41,890 nucleotides of DNA. Origin: a virus. Lineage: Duplodnaviria > Caudoviricetes. Position 1 is the first letter of the stretch; every line of letters starts with the position of its first letter. Made by a program: the position numbers and the translations under genes. This document shows, one piece after another, positions 8,789-18,830 of this stretch. Below the pieces are notes generated by a model, which was not told the DNA's origin, searched no databases, and worked only from the letters and a program-made list of their open reading frames with translations. The stretch covers positions 1-41,890 of the IMG/VR virus record IMGVR_UViG_3300050144_000076; one strand, given 5' to 3'.

Positions 8789-8965
8789 TATTGATCTGCA
8801 GGGGTGCAACTGTTCACGATGGCGCGGTTCGGCTGTTCTGGCTGTTCTGCTTGTGCGCCATAAAGGGTAGGATTGCGACCCTATGGGGTGTGGCTGTGGG
8901 TGCCTGGGGACGGCCTGGGCGAAGCGGATCAGCCCCTTTCCCTTCTGCTAAAAAAGGATCACCAG

Positions 8966-9403
8966 ATGCCCACGAAGGCCACCCCGAAGAGGACGGGCCG
9001 CCCACCTTTCGAGGCGACGCCAGAACAGCGGGCGCTCGTGAAGTCGCTGTCGTCGTTCGGCGTGCCGCATGAGTCGATCCGAGGGTTCATCAAGTCGAAC
9101 GGGAAGCCGATTGCGGGCGAGACCCTGCGCAAGCACTTCGCGGAAGAGCTGACGAACGGCACCATCGAGGCGAACGCGAAGGTGGCCGGGCGACTGTTCA
9201 CCGAGGCCATGAACGGCAACACGACGGCCATGATCTTCTGGCTGAAGGTGCGCGCCCGGTGGGCAGAGGCTCCGCAACAGGTGGCGCTCACGGATCCGGA
9301 CGGCAAGCCGGCGCACGTCCCGACGCTGGCCGACTTCTACAAGACGGTCGAGACGGTGCGCGGCGGTGCTGCGCTTGCTGCTGGCGCTGACGGCGACGCA
9401 TGA
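8966..9403 (+). CDS. terS: Terminase small subunit
   Basis: GRPP N-terminus, HTH-like segment, AMIFWLK motif; AAGGA RBS; directly upstream of TerL. Confidence 0.8.
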   Translation: MPTKATPKRTGRPPFEATPEQRALVKSLSSFGVPHESIRGFIKSNGKPIAGETLRKHFAEELTNGTIEANAKVAGRLFTEAMNGNTTAMIFWLKVRARWAEAPQQVALTDPDGKPAHVPTLADFYKTVETVRGGAALAAGADGDA

Positions 9404-10725
9404 AGGGGACACGCAGGCGCGCACGGGCAGGCGCAGCGGCACCGGTCGAGCCGGTGAAGCTGGTCATCCCGGCCGCGTTCGACGAGATCTGGCGGCCGTG
9501 CCGCTACAAGGTTTTCCACGGCGGCCGGGGTTCGGCGAAGTCGTGGACGGTGGCGGGCGTGCTGGTGTGGCTGGCCGCACGGGTGCAAATCCGCGTGCTG
9601 TGCGCCCGCGAGCTGCAGGGCAGCATGGCGGACTCGGTCCACCGCCTGCTGACGGACCAGATCATGCGGCTGGGGCTGGCCCACGAGTTCGAGGTCACGA
9701 TCAACGCGATCCGCGCCGTGCGCACCGGCTCCGAGTTCATGTTCAAGGGCCTGCGCCACAACGTCATGGAGATCAAGTCCACCGAGGGGGTGGACATCTG
9801 CTGGGTGGAGGAGGCGCAGCGCGTCACGGCCGAGTCCTGGCAGGTGCTGATTCCGACGATCCGCAAGCCCGGCTCCGAGATCTGGGTGACGTTCAACCCG
9901 GACAGCGAGGAAGACCCGACCTATCAGCGGTTCGTCATGCACCCGCCCGACGGCGCGCTGGTGCGACAGGTCAACTTCGACGGCAATCCCTTCTTCCCGG
10001 ACGTGCTGCGGGACGAAATGGAGTACCTGAAGAAGGTGGACTTCGAGGCGTTCGAACACGTCTGGCTCGGACAGCCGAAGGCCCGCACCAAGGCGCAGAT
10101 CTTCGCCGGCAAGTACCGCGTGGACGTGTTCGAGCCGCCCGAGGGCGCGACCTTCTACTACGGCGCCGACTGGGGCTTCGCGCAAGACCCGACGACGCTG
10201 ATCCGCTGCTTCATCCACGACCGGAAGCTGTGGATCGACCAGGAAGCCTATGGCGTCGGGGTCGAACTCGACGAGACGGCCAGACTGTTCAACAGCGTGC
10301 CCGGTGCGCGCCGTGCCCGCATCCGCGCCGACAACGGCCGGCCCGAGACGATCAACCACGTCAACAAGCGCGGCTTCAAAATCGAGCGCGCCGACAAGTG
10401 GGCCGGGTCCGTGGAAGACGGGATCGACTTCCTGCGCAGCTTCGAGCAGATCGTCATCCATGAGCGGTGCAAGCACATGGCCGAGGAGGCGAAGCTCTAC
10501 AGCTACAAGGTGGACAAGGTGGGCGAGATCCTGCCGGTGGTGGTGGACCGGCATAACCACTGCTGGGACGCAGTGCGCTACGCCCTCGATCCGCTCATCC
10601 AGCAGGGTCTGACCGGATTGCTCGAATACTTCCGCCAGGAGGTAGAGAGCAAAGCCAGTGCGCCCGATCGGGCGACCCAGCAGGGCGCAGATAATGCCGA
10701 CGAGGTAACGAAGTGGTTTTCGTGA
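9400..10725 (+). CDS. terL: Terminase large subunit, PBSX family
   Basis: GGRGSAKS Walker A, CWVEEA Walker B, GADWG and NHCWDAVRYA nuclease motifs. Confidence 0.95.
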   Translation: MKGTRRRARAGAAAPVEPVKLVIPAAFDEIWRPCRYKVFHGGRGSAKSWTVAGVLVWLAARVQIRVLCARELQGSMADSVHRLLTDQIMRLGLAHEFEVTINAIRAVRTGSEFMFKGLRHNVMEIKSTEGVDICWVEEAQRVTAESWQVLIPTIRKPGSEIWVTFNPDSEEDPTYQRFVMHPPDGALVRQVNFDGNPFFPDVLRDEMEYLKKVDFEAFEHVWLGQPKARTKAQIFAGKYRVDVFEPPEGATFYYGADWGFAQDPTTLIRCFIHDRKLWIDQEAYGVGVELDETARLFNSVPGARRARIRADNGRPETINHVNKRGFKIERADKWAGSVEDGIDFLRSFEQIVIHERCKHMAEEAKLYSYKVDKVGEILPVVVDRHNHCWDAVRYALDPLIQQGLTGLLEYFRQEVESKASAPDRATQQGADNADEVTKWFS

Positions 10726-10754
10726 CCAGTGGATAGGCAAGGGGATCAGCAGCG

Positions 10755-13001
10755 ATGAACACCAGGGCGAACAACGGGGGCGGCATCGTCACCGACATCA
10801 CGCAGCAGCAGCCGGGCATCCTGGCGCGGCTGGGTGCGGCTGTGCAGGTGGTGCGCACCGGGCGCCTGGGCGCTGGCTGGTTCGGGCCACTGGAGCCGAT
10901 GCTGCCAGTTGCTCAGGAGGCAGCGGAGGGGCGACAGTTCGACTACCCGACAGGCTTCAACCTGGGCACCATGTCGCGGCAGGGCGAGGCCGTCACCTTC
11001 AGCCAGTTGCGCACGCTGGCCGATGGCTACGACCTCATGCGGCTGGTCATCGAAACCCGGAAGGATCAGGTGTCGAAGCTGCGGTGGAACGTCAAGCCAC
11101 GCGACGAAAAGCAGCAGGCGGACAGTCGGTGCAAGGACGCAGAGGCGCTGTTGCGCCGGCCAGACCGTGACCACCCGTGGGACGAATGGATCCGCGCACT
11201 GGTGGAGGAGATGCTGGTGATCGACGCGGCGACCATCTACCCGCGCAAGACCCGCGGCGGTGGCCTCTACTCGCTGGAGCTGATCGACGGCGCGACCATC
11301 AAGCGCGTCATCAACCTGCAGGGGCGCACGCCCACCCCAGACGAAGGCCCGGCCTATCAGCAGATCCTGAAGGGCATGCCGGCGGTGGACTACACCCGCG
11401 AGGAGCTGATTTATCGGCCGCGCAACTGGCGCGTTCACAAGGTCTACGGCTACAGCCCTGTCGAACAGGTGGTGATGACGGTGAACATCGCGCTGCGCCG
11501 CCAGATGCATCAGATGCAGTATTTCACCGAGGGCAACATCCCCGAGGCACTGATCGGCGCGCCCGCGACGTGGAGCACCGAGCAGGTCCGGCAGTTTCAG
11601 GCGTACTGGGATGAGCTGATGGAGGGCAGCACGGCGGTGCGTCGGCACGCCAAGTTCGTGCCCGGCGACATGAAGTACCAGCCGACGAAGGAGCCGTCGC
11701 TGAAGGACCAGTTCGACGAGTGGCTGGCCCGCGTGGTCTGCTTCGCCTTCAGCATCAGCCCGACCCCGTTCATCGCGCAGGTGAACCGCGCCACCGCCGA
11801 CAGCGCCAAGGAGGCGGCACTGGAGGAGGGCCTGGCCCCGGTCATGATCTGGGTGAAGAACCTCATGGATGTGGTGATCGAGGACTTCATGGGCTGGCCT
11901 GACCTCGAATTCGACTGGGTTGACGAACAGTCGATTGACCCGGCCACGCGGGCGACTGTCCACAAAACCTACATCGACGCGGGCGTGATCACGCCGGACG
12001 AGGTGCGCGAGGAGCTGGGGCGCGATGCCCTGACGCCTGAGCAGCGCGAGCAGGCGTTCCCGAAGCCGCCCGCCGCGCTGGCGCTGGCAGGTGGCGGCGA
12101 CCAAGGCGGCGAGGAAGATCCAGAAGACGAGGGTGAACCCGACGACGCAGGTAAGGGCCAGTACCTGGGCGACGTGGCGAAGCGCAAGAAGAAGAGTACC
12201 CCCCGCCCAAAAGCGAGCGGCCCGGCCCCGATCAATCGGGAGCGCCGGGCGGTGCAGGATGCGGTGAAGGCGCTCACGTCAGCTACTGAGGTCGCGCTGA
12301 CGGCAGTGGCCGAAGAGGCGTGCGCGCTGCTGGCGGCACTCGATGGCGAGACGGCAAAGGCCGATGCCAGCGAGTTCTACCGCCTCCTGGCGCAGATGCA
12401 GTACAGCGGCTTCACGACGTTCATCAGCGACGCCGGGCCGATCCTGGGCGACATGGCGGCGGACGGCGCGGGCGAGGCGCTGGTGCAACTCAACTTCGAG
12501 GGCGCCAGCCTCGATCTGGTCAACGAGGCGGCCGTGGTCTGGGCTCAGCAGCACGCCGCGGAGCTGGTCGGCAAGCGGCTGCTGAAGGACGGCACGATCA
12601 TCGACAACCCCGGCGCGGCGTGGCGGATCGACGAGAAGACCCGCGAAGGGCTGCAGAAGCTGGTGACGCAGGCGATGAAGGACGGATGGTCGAACGACCG
12701 GCTGGCGTCCGAGATCCGTGGCAGCACCACCTTCGGCGCAGAGCGCGCCGAGACCATCGCCCGCACCGAGACGGCCAAGGCGGACGTGGAAGGCAACCTG
12801 ATCGGCTACCGGGCGGCCGGTGTGACGAAGAAGCGGTGGCTGCTGGCGCAATCCGACTTCTGCGCGGCCTGTGCGGGCAACAGCGAACAGGGAGAGATCG
12901 GCATGGACAAGGCGTTCCAGTCGGGGGCGATGGCCCCGCCGGCTCACCCGCGCTGCCGGTGCGACGTGCTGCCAGTTCTCGAAAAGCGGGAACAGTCGTG
13001 A
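10755..13001 (+). CDS. Portal protein fused to MuF/SPP1 gp7-like head morphogenesis domain
   Basis: N-terminal ~440 aa portal (YGYSPVE, YFTEGNIP, ITPDEVRE); C-terminal RAETIARTETA...KKRW...C..C...PPAHPRCRC MuF signature. Confidence 0.88.
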   Translation: MNTRANNGGGIVTDITQQQPGILARLGAAVQVVRTGRLGAGWFGPLEPMLPVAQEAAEGRQFDYPTGFNLGTMSRQGEAVTFSQLRTLADGYDLMRLVIETRKDQVSKLRWNVKPRDEKQQADSRCKDAEALLRRPDRDHPWDEWIRALVEEMLVIDAATIYPRKTRGGGLYSLELIDGATIKRVINLQGRTPTPDEGPAYQQILKGMPAVDYTREELIYRPRNWRVHKVYGYSPVEQVVMTVNIALRRQMHQMQYFTEGNIPEALIGAPATWSTEQVRQFQAYWDELMEGSTAVRRHAKFVPGDMKYQPTKEPSLKDQFDEWLARVVCFAFSISPTPFIAQVNRATADSAKEAALEEGLAPVMIWVKNLMDVVIEDFMGWPDLEFDWVDEQSIDPATRATVHKTYIDAGVITPDEVREELGRDALTPEQREQAFPKPPAALALAGGGDQGGEEDPEDEGEPDDAGKGQYLGDVAKRKKKSTPRPKASGPAPINRERRAVQDAVKALTSATEVALTAVAEEACALLAALDGETAKADASEFYRLLAQMQYSGFTTFISDAGPILGDMAADGAGEALVQLNFEGASLDLVNEAAVVWAQQHAAELVGKRLLKDGTIIDNPGAAWRIDEKTREGLQKLVTQAMKDGWSNDRLASEIRGSTTFGAERAETIARTETAKADVEGNLIGYRAAGVTKKRWLLAQSDFCAACAGNSEQGEIGMDKAFQSGAMAPPAHPRCRCDVLPVLEKREQS

Positions 13002-13075
13002 CTGTTCGTGTTACCTGACAGGTTCACAAGCGACCCAGCAGGGCGCCATAATCTCGCGCATCACCGGAGCAACCC

Positions 13076-14239
13076 TTGAACATCATCAAAGCCTACATCC
13101 CGCTGCAGAAGATCGACGAAGAGCAGCGCATGGTCTACGGCTACGCCAGCACCGAGGCGCTGGACAGCCAGGGCGAGACGATCACCCGCGCCGCGATCAT
13201 CGACGCGCTGCCCGACTACATGCGCTTCGCCAACATCCGCGAAATGCACACCATGTCGGCGGTGGGCGTCTGCAAGTCGGCCGAGCCGGACGAACAGGGC
13301 GTCTACATCGCCGCGAAGGTGGTCGATGACGCGGCCTGGGCGAAGGTGAAGGAGGGCGTCTACAAAGGCTTCTCCGTCGGCGGCAAGTCGCTGGCGAAGT
13401 CGGACGGCCAGATCACGAAGATGCGCCTGACCGAGATCAGCCTGGTTGACCGACCGGCGAACCCCGAGTGCGTCATCGACACCTGGAAGGCCGACGCCGA
13501 CCAGCCGGAACAGCAAGCCGAACAGCCGGTGGCGAAGTCGCTCTGGAGCGTCAACAACCTGCTTGAGGCCATCGGCAACCTGCGCGCCGTCTGCTTCTCG
13601 GCCGACTACGAGGTGAAGGAAGGTCAGCACACCGCCGAGATCTCCACGGCCCTGAAGGGCGCGCTGACGGTGCTGGCTGACGTGACGCAGAAGTACCTGG
13701 GCGAAGAGCTGTCGTCGCTGCTGGCGATGACGCCAGGCGGCGCGCCGATCACGGCAGGCGAGCCCGCGGGCGACATCGCCAAGGCCGGCGCCCGGTACTC
13801 GAAGGCCACGAAGGAGGCCCTCGCGAAGGTCCACGGGATGCTGCGCGACTGCGACAAGGCCATGGGCGCGATGGGCTATGACGCGGCCGACGATGACGGC
13901 GACGAAGCCACCAAGGGCGAACAGTCGGGCGACGTGGCGAAAGCCGACGTGCTGACCGACGACGTGCGCAAGGCCGCCGCCGACGCTGGGATCGGCCTCG
14001 CTGAAGGCGCCACGCAGCACGACCTGATGAAGGCCGCCCTGGGCGAGCTGGCAAAGAGCCGCGCCCGTGTGCTCGAGCTGGAGGCCATGCCGGCGCCGAT
14101 GAAGGGCGTCCGCACCGTCGCCAAGGGCGATGACACGAACGGCAACGACCTCGTGGCCGCCGAACAACCCGACATGAACGACCCGATGGCTGCCTTCAAG
14201 GCGGTGCTGTCGCGGCCGGTGGCCTTCGCTGGCCGCTGA
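13076..14239 (+). CDS. Prohead protease with C-terminal scaffold region
   Basis: VYGYAS, IREMH, YKGFSVGG, EISLVDRPANP motifs; TTG start with GGAG RBS. Confidence 0.88.
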   Translation: MNIIKAYIPLQKIDEEQRMVYGYASTEALDSQGETITRAAIIDALPDYMRFANIREMHTMSAVGVCKSAEPDEQGVYIAAKVVDDAAWAKVKEGVYKGFSVGGKSLAKSDGQITKMRLTEISLVDRPANPECVIDTWKADADQPEQQAEQPVAKSLWSVNNLLEAIGNLRAVCFSADYEVKEGQHTAEISTALKGALTVLADVTQKYLGEELSSLLAMTPGGAPITAGEPAGDIAKAGARYSKATKEALAKVHGMLRDCDKAMGAMGYDAADDDGDEATKGEQSGDVAKADVLTDDVRKAAADAGIGLAEGATQHDLMKAALGELAKSRARVLELEAMPAPMKGVRTVAKGDDTNGNDLVAAEQPDMNDPMAAFKAVLSRPVAFAGR

Positions 14240-14315
14240 AGAGCAAGGCGCCGAGTCCTCGGCACAAGCAGGCAGGCCACCGACGGCCAATCACCCACCA
14301 CGGAGTCACATCAAC

Positions 14316-15773
14316 GTGAACACGAACCAGACCATCGAGCTGCTGAAGGGCATGAAGCCCGTCCAGATCGCCGAGGACATCGCCAAGGCGTTCTCCCAAT
14401 CCACCGGCCTCGTCTACTACGACCTGGAGCCGGCCGCCAAGACGCTGTACCCGGTCCTGACGCCGCTGCGCAACCGCATCCCCCGCGTCAAGGCCAAAGG
14501 CGGCACCGCCACCAACTGGAAGCAGATCACCGCGATCAATCCCAGCATGATCCGCGCTGGCGTGTCCGAGGGTAACCGCGGCGGCATCATCACCGACGCA
14601 GTGCAGGACCGGACCGCCGCCTACAAGGGCTTGGGTCTGGAAAACTCCGTCTCCCTCGAAGCCGAGTACGCAGTCGAAGGCTTCGACAGCGCCCGCGCTC
14701 TGGCGTCGCAGTCCCTGCTGGGCGCGATGATGATTCAGGAGGAGCGCACGATCCTGGGCGGCAACAGCTCGCTGGCGCTGGGCACGCCCGCCACCCCCAC
14801 GCTGGCCGCGCTCGGCTCGGGTGGCTCGCTGGCTGCTGGCGCGCTGTCGGTCATCGTCGTGGGCCTGACCCTGGTGGCGCACCAGAATGCCAGCGTTTCG
14901 GCGACCGGCGTGCTCCCGACTATCACCCGCACGAACGCCGACGGCACGACCGACAGCATCAAGAGCGGCGCATCGAACAAGTCTGCAGCGGCCACCGTGA
15001 CCGCAGTGGCTGGCGATTCGGTCAGTGCCACCGTTCCCGTGATCAACGGCGCGGTGTCCTATGCGTGGTATGCCGGTGTCGCCGGATCCGAGCGCCTGGT
15101 CGCCATCACGACCACGAACAGCGTGCTGATCACCGCCACCAACGCCACGAACCAGCTTGCCAGCGCGATTGCCGCCGCCGACGACAGCCGCGACACGCTG
15201 GTGTTCGACGGCCTGCTGACGCAGATCCTGACGCCCGGCTCGGGCGCCGTGGTCGTGAGCTTGCCCACTGGCGCGCCCGGCGTCGGCTCGAAGCTGACCA
15301 GCGACGGCGCGGGCGGCATCGTCGAGATCGACGACATGTTCCAGCGGTTCTGGGATCAGTCGCGCCTGTCGCCGGATGAAATTCAGTGCTCTTCGCGCAG
15401 CCTGCTGGCAATCAACCGCATCGTCATCGCCAACGGCGGCGCGCCGCTTATCCGCTTCTCCAACGAGACGAGCGGCGTGCAGATCAACGCCGGTTCGGTG
15501 GTGGGAACCTACCTGAACAAGATCACGAACAAGCAGGTGAAGATCGCCGTCCACCCGGACATGTGCGACGGCACGCTGCTGTTCTGGTCGAACGGCATCC
15601 CCTACCCGCTGTCGAACGTCGGGAACATCCTGCAGGTGAAGACCCGTCAGGACTACTACCAGATCGAGTGGCCGCGCCGCACCCGTCGCTACGAGTTCGG
15701 CGTCTACGCGGATGAGCTGCTGCAGTGCTACTTCCCGCCGGCCTTTGGCGTGCTGCGCAACTTCGCCGTCTGA
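14316..15773 (+). CDS. Major capsid protein
   Basis: Follows the protease; YDLEPAAKTLYPVLTPLRNRIPR N-terminus; strong RBS; followed by a terminator. Confidence 0.82.
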   Translation: MNTNQTIELLKGMKPVQIAEDIAKAFSQSTGLVYYDLEPAAKTLYPVLTPLRNRIPRVKAKGGTATNWKQITAINPSMIRAGVSEGNRGGIITDAVQDRTAAYKGLGLENSVSLEAEYAVEGFDSARALASQSLLGAMMIQEERTILGGNSSLALGTPATPTLAALGSGGSLAAGALSVIVVGLTLVAHQNASVSATGVLPTITRTNADGTTDSIKSGASNKSAAATVTAVAGDSVSATVPVINGAVSYAWYAGVAGSERLVAITTTNSVLITATNATNQLASAIAAADDSRDTLVFDGLLTQILTPGSGAVVVSLPTGAPGVGSKLTSDGAGGIVEIDDMFQRFWDQSRLSPDEIQCSSRSLLAINRIVIANGGAPLIRFSNETSGVQINAGSVVGTYLNKITNKQVKIAVHPDMCDGTLLFWSNGIPYPLSNVGNILQVKTRQDYYQIEWPRRTRRYEFGVYADELLQCYFPPAFGVLRNFAV

Positions 15774-15811
15774 TTCTCCTAAGAGCGAGTGCCGGTTCAC
15801 CGACCGGCTTC

Positions 15812-15843
15812 AGCCCCATCGGTGACACGTTGGGGCTTTTTTT
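15812..15843 (+). terminator. Rho-independent terminator after the capsid gene
   Basis: AGCCCCA...TGGGGCT stem followed by a T-run; a second hairpin lies at 15791-15808. Confidence 0.8.
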
Positions 15844-15866
15844 CACCCACCACCAGCGCCAGCACC

Positions 15867-16073
15867 ATGAGCGAACCCACCACCAGCGCACCCACCTTCG
15901 GCGCGGCCCTGCGCCACGACACGATCCGCAGCATCTGCATCGGCGGCGTGCAGTACGACGCTGACGCCGACGGCGTGATCGAGGTCGAGGCCACGCACCT
16001 GGACGAAGCCCTCGCCATCGGCCTGACCCGCGTTCCGCCAGCGGCGCCCGTCAAGGCCAAGGCCACCAAGTAA
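15867..16073 (+). CDS. Small virion-associated hypothetical protein
   Basis: MSEPTTSAPT... 68 aa between the capsid and connector genes. Confidence 0.65.
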   Translation: MSEPTTSAPTFGAALRHDTIRSICIGGVQYDADADGVIEVEATHLDEALAIGLTRVPPAAPVKAKATK

Positions 16074-16082
16074 GGCGCGCAC

Positions 16083-16628
16083 ATGGCGAACCTCACGACC
16101 ATCGAGCGCGTCAAGGCATACGCGCACATCAGCACGGCCGCCGACGACGTGCTGCTGGTGCGCCTGATCGAGGTCGCCAGCGCCTACATCGAGACGTGGT
16201 GCGACCGCAAGATCATGGCGGCCGATTACGTCGAGCACCGCAACGGCACAGGCGCCAACCGCATGACGACGCGCCACTGCCCGGTCATCGACGTGACCCG
16301 TGTGGTTTGCGACGGCCAGGACATCCCGCTGTCGGTCGCTGGCTCGGTCGGCTACGTGTTCGACGATCTCACGGTGCGGCTGATCGGCGCCCGGTTCGCG
16401 CCCGGCGTGCGCAATGTCGAGCTGCACTACCGCGCCGGCTACGAGCAGCCGCCCGCCGACCTGGAACAGTCGTGCATCGAGATCGTCGTGTCCCGCTACC
16501 GCGACCGCACGCGCACCGGCATCCAGTCGCAGGGCATGGCCGGTGAAACCGTGTCGTTCATCCCGGACGAGCTGTCGCGGTTCGCCCGCACCGTGCTGGG
16601 CCAGTACCGCCGGGTGGTCGCCCCGTGA
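16083..16628 (+). CDS. Head-tail connector (gp6-like adaptor)
   Basis: LTTIERVKAY, DDVLL..LI..AS.YIE, Y.AGY..PPADL pattern; synteny. Confidence 0.85.
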   Translation: MANLTTIERVKAYAHISTAADDVLLVRLIEVASAYIETWCDRKIMAADYVEHRNGTGANRMTTRHCPVIDVTRVVCDGQDIPLSVAGSVGYVFDDLTVRLIGARFAPGVRNVELHYRAGYEQPPADLEQSCIEIVVSRYRDRTRTGIQSQGMAGETVSFIPDELSRFARTVLGQYRRVVAP

Positions 16629-17098
16629 TCACCGGCTACCTGATCGGCGACAAGGACGTGGTGGCCCGCCTGCGCGGCCTGCCGGCCCACGCCCGCACGA
16701 ATCTGCGCAGCGAGCTGGAAGGGCTGGCGCTGCGCATGACCGTGATGGTCAAGGCGGAGAAGCTGTCCGGCCAGGTGCTGAAGGTCCAGACCGGCCGGCT
16801 GCGGCGCTCGATCACCTGGAAGGTCAGCGACACCGGAACCGGCATCTACGCCACCGTCGGCACAAACGTTGAGTACGCCCCCAAGCACGAGTACGGGTTC
16901 AGCGGCGCAGAACAGGTGAAGGCGCACCTCCGCAAGCTCGCCAGCGGGCGCCGGGTGCCGGTGCGTGCCCACGCCAGAACAGTCAACACCCCCGAGCGGT
17001 CCTTTCTGCGTTCGTCCCTGCAGGAGATGCGCGGCGAGATCCGCGAAGGGATGCGCCGGGCCATGCGCGACGCCATCAACGGGGAGCGCAGGCCGTGA
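16625..17098 (+). CDS. Neck/tail completion protein (HK97 gp10-like)
   Basis: TGRLRRSI, VGTNVEYA..HEYG, PERSFLR motifs. Confidence 0.82.
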   Translation: MITGYLIGDKDVVARLRGLPAHARTNLRSELEGLALRMTVMVKAEKLSGQVLKVQTGRLRRSITWKVSDTGTGIYATVGTNVEYAPKHEYGFSGAEQVKAHLRKLASGRRVPVRAHARTVNTPERSFLRSSLQEMRGEIREGMRRAMRDAINGERRP

Positions 17099-17526
17099 CC
17101 AACTTCGAGCCGATCTATGCGCGGCTGCAGGAGCGGCTGGCGACCATTGACGGCCTGCTGTCGGTGAACCGACGGTTCAAGCACTGGTCTGCCGTGTCGC
17201 CTGTCGAGATGCCGTGCGCCTTCATCGTGCAGCAGGGCGAGTCGCCGCAGCAGGTGCGCGGGCAGCCGGCCAAGTGGCTCATCAACGCCGATGTCTTCGT
17301 CTACGTCCGCGCCGACGATGACGCAGACGTGGCGCCGGCCACGGCCATCAACAGCGCGCTGGCCGGGGTCCGGTCTATTCTTGAGGCGAACCCGGCCACG
17401 GGCGTGGCGGAAGGCTTCGAGGGGATGGTGTCGCACGCATGGATCAGCGGAAAAGTGGAAATCTTCGATGGGGTGATGGCCTCGCAGTCGGTGGCGATCA
17501 TTCCGGTCGGAATCCTGACGGTGTGA
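17095..17526 (+). CDS. Tail terminator protein (putative)
   Basis: 143 aa, syntenic position before the tail tube. Confidence 0.65.
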   Translation: MTNFEPIYARLQERLATIDGLLSVNRRFKHWSAVSPVEMPCAFIVQQGESPQQVRGQPAKWLINADVFVYVRADDDADVAPATAINSALAGVRSILEANPATGVAEGFEGMVSHAWISGKVEIFDGVMASQSVAIIPVGILTV

Positions 17527-17702
17527 TGTTGGGCGCATACCTGCCCGACTCCACTCGGGCTACCATAGAGGCCGCATTGCGCGCCCTGTCGGGTAGCAGA
17601 GACAATGCACAGGTTCGAGTGACCAAGCACAAGACGGCCGGCGGCTGGATGTTCGAGGTCGAATTCATCAACGAGGGACCACCCTCACAGGAACGCACAT
17701 GA
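17526..17702 (+). CDS. Small hypothetical protein (58 aa)
   Basis: TGATG and ATGA couplings at both ends fill the gap exactly. Confidence 0.45.
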   Translation: MLGAYLPDSTRATIEAALRALSGSRDNAQVRVTKHKTAGGWMFEVEFINEGPPSQERT

Positions 17703-18454
17703 CGCAATACGTTTTCGGCTCTGGCAGCCTCATCCTCACCCCGGTGCAAGACGCCTCTGGCGCCATCATCTCCAACGGCACCCCGGTGAAGTTGCTCGAT
17801 CACCAGGAGTGCTCGATCGACATGGGCGGCGACATCAAGAAGCTGTTCGGCCAGGGCGGCTATCCCATCGCGGCCGGCGTCGGCAAGCGCGATGTGAGCG
17901 TGAAGTGCAAGGGCGCCCGCGTCCACAGCATGATCTGGAACACGCTGTTCTTCGGTCAATCGCTCGCTGCTGGCCTGATCGCCATCTGCACGGATTCGGT
18001 GGCGATTGCAGCATCTGTGACGGTGACGCCTCCCAGCAGCGGCGCGTTCTCTGCTGACATGGGTGTCGTGGACTGGAACGGAAACCCGATGAAGCGCGTT
18101 GCCACGGGTCCGGCCACCGGTCAGTACGCCGTGTCTGCCACCGGCGTCTACAGCTTCGCGGCTGCCGACATTGCCGCCGGCCGTCTGGTCTATCCGCACT
18201 ACAGCTACACCGCTGCAGTGGCTGGCGCCCAGAAGATGACGGTGATGAACCTGCCGATGGGCTACGCGCCGATCTTCCGCGCTACGCTGTGCGTCGCCTA
18301 TAACGGCAAGATCATGTACTTGGACTTCCCGTCCTGCACGGCCAACAAGATGGGCATCTCGCTGAAGAACGAAGACTTCATGATCCCGGAGTTCGAGTTC
18401 ACGCCCACCGACAACGGCACCGGCAACATCTTCACGATGAGTCTGAGCGAGTAA
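17699..18454 (+). CDS. Major tail tube protein
   Basis: YVFGSG N-terminus, EDFMIPEFEF C-terminus; precedes the chaperone and tape measure genes. Confidence 0.8.
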   Translation: MTQYVFGSGSLILTPVQDASGAIISNGTPVKLLDHQECSIDMGGDIKKLFGQGGYPIAAGVGKRDVSVKCKGARVHSMIWNTLFFGQSLAAGLIAICTDSVAIAASVTVTPPSSGAFSADMGVVDWNGNPMKRVATGPATGQYAVSATGVYSFAAADIAAGRLVYPHYSYTAAVAGAQKMTVMNLPMGYAPIFRATLCVAYNGKIMYLDFPSCTANKMGISLKNEDFMIPEFEFTPTDNGTGNIFTMSLSE

Positions 18455-18491
18455 TCGTTCGCCCGTATTGGCTACCTTGAAGGATGCTTAG

Positions 18492-18830
18492 ATGCCTGAA
18501 AAGAAACTGATTGACGGGGTGATCATCAAGCTGGGCGGTGAACAGTTCACTGTCCCGCCGATGAACCTGAAGACTGTTCGCCGGCTGTTGCCTGCCTTCG
18601 ATCAGCTCAAGTCGGGGTCGCTGGATGGCGCGGCGCTGGATGCGGCCATCGGTGTCGTGCATGGCGCGCTGAGCCGGAACTACCCGGATCTGACGGCCGA
18701 TGAGGTAGCCGAGATGGTTGACCTGTCCAACCTGGAGGGCGTGCTGTCTGCCGTTCTGGAGGTCAGCGGACTGGCCCCAAAAACGACGGGGGCACCGAAG
18801 GCGGAAACGGTGCCGGCGGACGCCCCCTGA
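18492..18830 (+). CDS. Tail assembly chaperone (gpG-like)
   Basis: 112 aa between tube and tape measure; contains C-CCA-AAA slippery heptamer at 18776-18782. Confidence 0.8.
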   Translation: MPEKKLIDGVIIKLGGEQFTVPPMNLKTVRRLLPAFDQLKSGSLDGAALDAAIGVVHGALSRNYPDLTADEVAEMVDLSNLEGVLSAVLEVSGLAPKTTGAPKAETVPADAP

